DNA from: Acaryochloris marina S15
GTDB lineage: Bacteria > Cyanobacteriota > Cyanobacteriia > Thermosynechococcales > Thermosynechococcaceae
DNA length: 24,000 nucleotides
Direction of reading: 5' to 3'
NCBI RefSeq assembly: GCF_018336915.1
Contig: NZ_CP064923.1
Coordinates: 2,184,209 to 2,208,208, forward strand
Both the position numbers and the translations under genes were made by a program. The notes beneath the pieces were generated by a model. That model had not been told where the DNA came from, ran no database searches, and worked only from the letters and a program-made list of their open reading frames with translations. This document shows positions 19,077 to 24,000 of the stretch, in pieces; position 1 is the first letter of the stretch; the number at the start of each line of letters is the position of its first letter.

Positions 19077-19301
19077 TTAAGAACTTAGAATTTCGAAGTT
19101 TTTAACTTCCAGGACTGGGCCAATCATCGCCACCGTCATAATGTCATCTCGAATATTACCCGTTACTTTCACTGCCAGCCCCTCTTGCTGTAATTCGGTG
19201 GGGGGTTCAAAGAGCTCGTAGGTGGTCTCGCTGGCTGCTAGAGCCCATACCCCTAGACCAAAACTTTGAAAGGTGATGGTTCCTTGTGCTTCTATAGACA
19301 T
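19077..19301 (-). CDS. Small hypothetical protein (74 aa)
   Basis: ATG at 19301, 7 nt downstream of the S8 peptidase stop on the same strand, consistent with an operon. Confidence 0.55.
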   Translation of the reverse strand: MSIEAQGTITFQSFGLGVWALAASETTYELFEPPTELQQEGLAVKVTGNIRDDIMTVAMIGPVLEVKNFEILSS

Positions 19302-19308
19302 GCTAATT

Positions 19309-21081
19309 TTATGCGGAACGAGTGGCGGATTTGGATGCTAGATAAACCAACGCTAAACAGAGCAAAGCATTGATGGCTAAAAATCCCTGGGCAACGGCTG
19401 TGCTGCCTAACCAGACGACTTGGGGGGCCATAAACGCACTGACGCCTAGACAGGCTGTCATTCCCACTGAACCGCCAAGGGCTAACCACTTGAGCTGAGG
19501 ATGGCTCAGGAAGAGGACAATCAGTGCTAAAGCCATCAAAACATTAGCCGTTAAAGGGTTTAATGCATTAGTGCCCTGAATCGCACTGCCCAATTCTGGC
19601 AAGGAGCTTCCCACAACGCGAAGGGGCCAATGGGGAAGATCCACGAGATGAAAACAGCGGAGGATAAATAAGCCAGTGCTGCCCAAAATTAGCCCTAACC
19701 CCATTGGCCAATTCCAAGGTAAGCGGAATAGGGAGGCGAGCACGGCAGCAACTGCTAGCATAAGCAGCTTATAGCCCCAGTTGACGGCTCTGGCGTCGAA
19801 CCAGAAGCGTGGCCCTAAGAATAAGCCATTACGCAGCCATCCCATAAAGCCATTAAACCCAAAACTTTTTTGAGCGGCTAAGCTGACGGCCTTGCTAGCG
19901 TCTAATTTACCCGTACCAAAGTAGTTGGAGGCATCATCTTTGACAGCAGCTGCAGACTGCTTGAGGACTTGTTCGACTTGATCAGGATTTTGGACCCCAA
20001 TGGATCGAATTAAGGCAGCGACACCAGCCACATGGGGGGCAGCCATGCTGGTTCCTTGGAAGGCGGCAAAGATGGAAGAGCCATCTCGGGGATTGATGGT
20101 ATTTTGCAGAATACCGCCCAAGCCATTATTGTCTCTGAGGGAGCCCCCAGGGGCTGAAATATCGACCCCGGCACCGTAATTGGAGTAAGGTGCTTTCTGG
20201 CCTTCAGCATCCAGGGCAGAGACGCCAATGACATGGGGATAACGGGCCGGAAATTCCACGGCACTTCTGGCCGCATTACCCGCAGCGGCCACAATCACTA
20301 CACCTTTTTTATGGGCATATTCAATGGCTTCTCGCATCAGTTCACTTTCACCCCCCCCGCCCAGGCTCATATTGATGACGTCGGCTCCGTTGTCAGCTGC
20401 AAAGCGAATGGATTCCGCAATATCCGCTACAGTGCCCGAACCACCCCGACTTAAAACTTTTAAGGGCATTAGCTGAGCTTCATAAGCGATACCCGCGACG
20501 CCAAAGTTATTATTGGTGGATTGCGCGATGGTGCCTGCTACATGGGTGCCATGGCCATTATCATCGGTTGCATTGGCCCGATCGTTGACAAAGTCATAGC
20601 CAGGTACAAGGCGAGTCCGCTTTAAATCAGCAACGGGAGCGATACCTGTATCAATCACGGCAACGGTTGTGCCTCGCCCCCGACTAGCTTGCCAGGCTGC
20701 CTCCATGTTGATGCTTTTGAGGTTCCACTGCTGATCAAAATCTGGATCGTTGGGACTGAACGAAGTCTGGTAAGCATAGTTGGGTTCAACAAATTCGGTA
20801 AATTCGCTAATACCAGATTTTTTAACCGCGTTGAGGAGCTGTTGATCTCCCTTGGCAATGAACACATGGTCATTTAAGGAGAACTGACTGTTATAGGTCA
20901 ATTTAGTTTGGAATTGCTCTGATAAAGAATTGACCTGCCTTTCAATCTCTGCCGTTGTGAGAGATTCTTTGAAGTCAAATACTAGGGAATCATATTGTCC
21001 CTGAGCAGATAGCCCTTGGAAATTTGAGATCGCCCAACTGAAACCCGCTATAAACAGTAGCAGCAGCAGCCATTTTTTCAT
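19309..21081 (-). CDS. S8 family serine peptidase (subtilase) with C-terminal polytopic membrane region
   Basis: Catalytic triad contexts VAVIDTGIA, NGHGTHVAGTIA, GTSMAAPHVAG; signal/anchor and propeptide at the N-terminus; several hydrophobic helices after the protease domain. Confidence 0.93.
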   Translation of the reverse strand: MKKWLLLLLFIAGFSWAISNFQGLSAQGQYDSLVFDFKESLTTAEIERQVNSLSEQFQTKLTYNSQFSLNDHVFIAKGDQQLLNAVKKSGISEFTEFVEPNYAYQTSFSPNDPDFDQQWNLKSINMEAAWQASRGRGTTVAVIDTGIAPVADLKRTRLVPGYDFVNDRANATDDNGHGTHVAGTIAQSTNNNFGVAGIAYEAQLMPLKVLSRGGSGTVADIAESIRFAADNGADVINMSLGGGGESELMREAIEYAHKKGVVIVAAAGNAARSAVEFPARYPHVIGVSALDAEGQKAPYSNYGAGVDISAPGGSLRDNNGLGGILQNTINPRDGSSIFAAFQGTSMAAPHVAGVAALIRSIGVQNPDQVEQVLKQSAAAVKDDASNYFGTGKLDASKAVSLAAQKSFGFNGFMGWLRNGLFLGPRFWFDARAVNWGYKLLMLAVAAVLASLFRLPWNWPMGLGLILGSTGLFILRCFHLVDLPHWPLRVVGSSLPELGSAIQGTNALNPLTANVLMALALIVLFLSHPQLKWLALGGSVGMTACLGVSAFMAPQVVWLGSTAVAQGFLAINALLCLALVYLASKSATRSA

Positions 21082-21267
21082 GTCAAATCCTTAGCAAATG
21101 AGTTGCTTGTACAACGGTTCAGATGGTCTTACGTATTCCTTGTCTATCGATAGACTGGATGGCCTGGTGCTAGTCAGCGGGATAACAATTGAGACTTCTG
21201 ATTGAGAACGAAGTCAGATCAATAATCCGAAATTTCAGTTATTTCGAGTGGTTCTAGTTTTCCCATT

Positions 21268-22188
21268 TTAGTTCTTGCCTGTCTCATCGACCAGTTGTGG
21301 CTCTTGGCCAAGTTGTGATTGTAAGAACTCAGTGAACAACTGCACCTTGGCAGAAAGATGCTTGCTCACGGGATATAGGATATGAACTGCGATCTCAGGA
21401 CTTGCATAATTTGATAGAACCACTTGCAAGCGATCAGCTTTCAAATCTTCTCCCACCAGAAAGTGGGGTAAAAGTGCAATCCCCAACCCTTTGAGAGCTG
21501 CCTGTCGTAGCACTTCGCCATTATTCGAACAGACAGTCCCTTGGACTCGAATCGACTGGGTTTGATTTGGCCCCTTGAGTTCCCACTGATTGAGGGGGGC
21601 TGAGTAGCCATAGTGCAAGCAAGAATGGTTCTTGAGTTGATCGGGATTTCCAGGAATACCCTGTTGCTCAAGATAAGCGGGAGCAGCACATAGCACTCTG
21701 GGGGCAGGACAAAGGGTGTGAATGATTAAGCTACTAGTTGTTGGCTGTGCAGAAATGCGAATGCTAATGTCGAATCCTTCTTCGATCGGGTCAATAAATC
21801 GATCATTCAGGACTAATTCCACCTTTAAGTCTGGATGTTGAGTTAAGAAGTTAGGGAGAATTGGGGCCAAGTACTTTGTGCCAAAAGACATAGGGGCATT
21901 GACCCTTAGGGTTCCTTTGGGCTGGGTTTGGTATTGGGTAATGGCTTCTTCTGCCTCTGCCACTTCTGCCAGGATGGCTCGACAACGCTCATAAAAAGCC
22001 AGACCAGTTTTTGTGGGTGTCACTTTGCGAGTGGTGCGCTGTAAGAGCTGGATCCCTAAACTGTCCTCTAGGTTAATCACCAGTTTATTGACTTGCGATC
22101 GTGACAGTCCCATTTTTCGAGAAGCTGCTGCAAAGCCACTGGCATCGACCACTTGGGTGAAAGCATGCATACTGTCGAATTTATCCAT
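21268..22188 (-). CDS. LysR family transcriptional regulator
   Basis: [54 protein letters not shown]. The start at ATG 22188 ([10 protein letters not shown]) is preferred over the TTG at 22221. Confidence 0.93.
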   Translation of the reverse strand: MDKFDSMHAFTQVVDASGFAAASRKMGLSRSQVNKLVINLEDSLGIQLLQRTTRKVTPTKTGLAFYERCRAILAEVAEAEEAITQYQTQPKGTLRVNAPMSFGTKYLAPILPNFLTQHPDLKVELVLNDRFIDPIEEGFDISIRISAQPTTSSLIIHTLCPAPRVLCAAPAYLEQQGIPGNPDQLKNHSCLHYGYSAPLNQWELKGPNQTQSIRVQGTVCSNNGEVLRQAALKGLGIALLPHFLVGEDLKADRLQVVLSNYASPEIAVHILYPVSKHLSAKVQLFTEFLQSQLGQEPQLVDETGKN

Positions 22189-22217
22189 ATTATTGTCAAC
22201 AAATAAGAGACAATCTG

Positions 22218-22248
22218 TCAATAAAATATCATATTGTCATTTTATTGA
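22218..22248. promoter_or_regulatory. Perfect 10-bp inverted repeat, candidate operator between LysR and pirin genes
   Basis: TCAATAAAAT (22218-22227) - ATCATATTGTC - ATTTTATTGA (22239-22248). Confidence 0.5.
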
Positions 22249-22326
22249 GGTTAGTTGATGATAGACATATCACCGACTGGAATCGGTGATTTACCCTTCA
22301 CTTCTAAAAATGAGAGGTCGACTTCA

Positions 22327-23034
22327 ATGATCGATATTCGTCGAGGTCAAGAAAGAGGATCTGCAGACTTAGAGTGGCTCAAGAGCTATCACACTTTTTC
22401 CTTTGGCCAGTACTACGATCCTCGCCATATGAGCTTTGGACCCTTGCGAGTGATCAATGAAGATTTCATCCAGCCGGGGCAGGGGTTTGGAACCCATAGC
22501 CACAAAAATATGGAAATTATTACCTATGTGTTAGAGGGAGCTCTAGAGCATAAAGATAGTCTGGGAAATGGCTCCATCGTTAAACCTGGAGATGTTCAGA
22601 GAATGACAGCTGGCACAGGGATTCAACATAGTGAATATAATCCTTCCCTCTCTGAGCCGGTTCACCTATTGCAAATCTGGATAGTCCCTGATGCTGAAGG
22701 TTTAGAGCCTGGATATGAACAAGTTCATTTATCTATAGATCAACAAAGAAATCACTTACACCTGTTGGGTTCTAGAAACAGTCAGCAGGGAGTGGTCACC
22801 ATTCATCAAAAAGTGGATTTATATGGGGCCCAGCTCAGCCAGCAAGGATCGGTTGTCCATCCGTTGTCAGCGCACCGAATCGCTTGGCTGCACGTTGCCA
22901 AAGGTGTAATTCAGCTTAATGAGAAGCATGATCTAATGGCGGGAGATGCTGCTGCCATTTCAGATCTCCATGAGATTAAAGTTCATGGACAGTCTGAAGA
23001 CGCTGAAATCTTGTTATTCGACATGGTGGCCTAG
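22327..23034 (+). CDS. Pirin family protein
   Basis: MIDIRRGQERG...SYHTFSFGQYYDPRHMSFGPLRVINEDFIQPGQGFGTHSHKNMEIITYVLEGALEHKDSLGNG...GIQHSEYN. Start at ATG 22327. Confidence 0.93.
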   Translation: MIDIRRGQERGSADLEWLKSYHTFSFGQYYDPRHMSFGPLRVINEDFIQPGQGFGTHSHKNMEIITYVLEGALEHKDSLGNGSIVKPGDVQRMTAGTGIQHSEYNPSLSEPVHLLQIWIVPDAEGLEPGYEQVHLSIDQQRNHLHLLGSRNSQQGVVTIHQKVDLYGAQLSQQGSVVHPLSAHRIAWLHVAKGVIQLNEKHDLMAGDAAAISDLHEIKVHGQSEDAEILLFDMVA

Positions 23035-23396
23035 AGTAGCAGTAGGTAGCTTGTCGCCCTGATTCGAGTGATCCATTCCAATATATAGATGACTCTGTAC
23101 TAAATCTAATAAAAATGTGGTCAGAGAAATAGCCAAAGTCATTTAATTTTTTAGCGATCGAGATTTATTTCCTAAAGTAGGCAACCTATTTCTACAGCTA
23201 AGTTGAGAACATCGGCTTGTCTCTTCCCTGCTCAAAAAAATGCAATAGTTTGAATGAAGTTAGGATGATTTCCTGAATAAAACCTATTGTTTTGGACCCA
23301 ATTTTTAGTTCTTGATTATATTAGAGGGAATAGTTGTAGGCAAATCTCTTCTATAAGATTAATTTGCTGAAAAATAAATGAGTGGGGGGATGCTGT

Positions 23397-23945
23397 ATGT
23401 ATGGCTTAGTGAATAAGGCCATTCAGGAAATGGTTTGTGACCATTTTGGTGAGGAGGCTTGGGAAGCGATAAGAGAGCTTTCAGAAACTAAATCTGAGAA
23501 TTTTATTAGCTTAGAGAGTTATCCTGACGATTTGACCCATCGTTTGGTCAAGTCTGCCAGTCAAGTACTGGGAATATCTGCAGCTGAGATCATGGAAGAC
23601 TTTGGGAAATATTGGGTTAAGTTTACAGGGCAAGAAGGTTATGGCGAAATGATGAACCTGGCGGGTGATGATTTGCCAGAGTTTTTGGGTAATCTTGATG
23701 ACTTGCATAGTCGGCTTGGGGTAATTTTCCCCAAAATGCAACCGCCTTCCTTTCAATGTAGTGATCAGGAGAAGCAGACCTTAAACTTGCATTACTATTC
23801 CCATCGCAAGGGAATGGCTCCAATGGTATCAGGATTGGTGGAAGGACTAGGGGAACGATTTGATACAGAAGTAGAAGTAACCCAAGTCCAAGATCGAGAG
23901 CAGGGAGCTGATCACGATGTGTTCTCAGTCACCTACCAGCCATAG
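23397..23945 (+). CDS. Heme NO-binding (H-NOX / HNOB) domain protein
   Basis: MYGLVNKAIQEMV start, proximal His candidate in LDDLHSRLGVIFPKMQPPSF, and YSHR matching the YxSxR pyrrole-propionate motif. Confidence 0.93.
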   Translation: MYGLVNKAIQEMVCDHFGEEAWEAIRELSETKSENFISLESYPDDLTHRLVKSASQVLGISAAEIMEDFGKYWVKFTGQEGYGEMMNLAGDDLPEFLGNLDDLHSRLGVIFPKMQPPSFQCSDQEKQTLNLHYYSHRKGMAPMVSGLVEGLGERFDTEVEVTQVQDREQGADHDVFSVTYQP

Positions 23946-24000
23946 TCATCAGACAATTTCCCTGAGCCATAGCTTACCGCCAGAGCAATTTGCCACCGCC

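Noticed and set aside
21192-21246. Small overlapping inverted repeats (GACTTC/GAAGTC, TCTGA/TCAGA, CGAAAT/ATTTCG) between the LysR and S8 genes
   Set aside because: Arms of 5-6 bp in AT-rich DNA are expected by chance; there is no U-tract for a terminator.
1-24000. CRISPR array, transposase/IS, prophage, retron, toxin-antitoxin, defence island or secondary-metabolite cluster
   Set aside because: I saw no regularly spaced direct repeats of CRISPR size, no transposase/integrase/RT motifs and no clustered accessory genes. The content is mostly housekeeping, so I do not claim a novel multi-gene system.

Overview
This 24 kb window reads as ordinary, gene-dense cyanobacterial chromosome. The support is HIP1 GCGATCGC sites, a CyanoP-like lipoprotein, cyanobacterial-type RibBA, and aerobic HemF. 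In order it contains: a 3' fragment of a cytochrome P450; a membrane TPR protein; ribBA; argC; a small membrane protein; an ABC-2 type permease; a PsbP/CyanoP-like lipoprotein; tRNA-Ala(CGC); hemF with a clear downstream terminator; mtnP; a YciI-like protein; infC; an M48 metalloprotease; a cyanobacterial hypothetical; a GH13 amylase-family enzyme; an M23 metallopeptidase; birA; pgeF (YfiH family); a protein resembling the archaeal CTP-dependent riboflavin kinase (DUF120) domain; a membrane hypothetical; a small hypothetical; an S8 subtilase with a polytopic C-terminus; a LysR regulator divergent from a pirin; and an H-NOX heme domain protein. I saw no CRISPR, transposon, prophage, rRNA or defence system. 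The most interesting signals are: (1) the ribBA/argC intergenic region, with a SD-led 10-codon upstream ORF whose TGA overlaps the ribBA TTG start and which contains an in-register A_AAA_AAC slippery heptamer leading into the ribBA frame, plus a 19-nt periodic ATGCAG array, a direct 13-bp repeat and a hairpin; (2) the DUF120/RibK-like protein encoded by a gene overlapping pgeF; (3) a perfect 10-bp inverted repeat between the LysR and pirin genes; (4) a subtilase fused to a multi-helix membrane domain.
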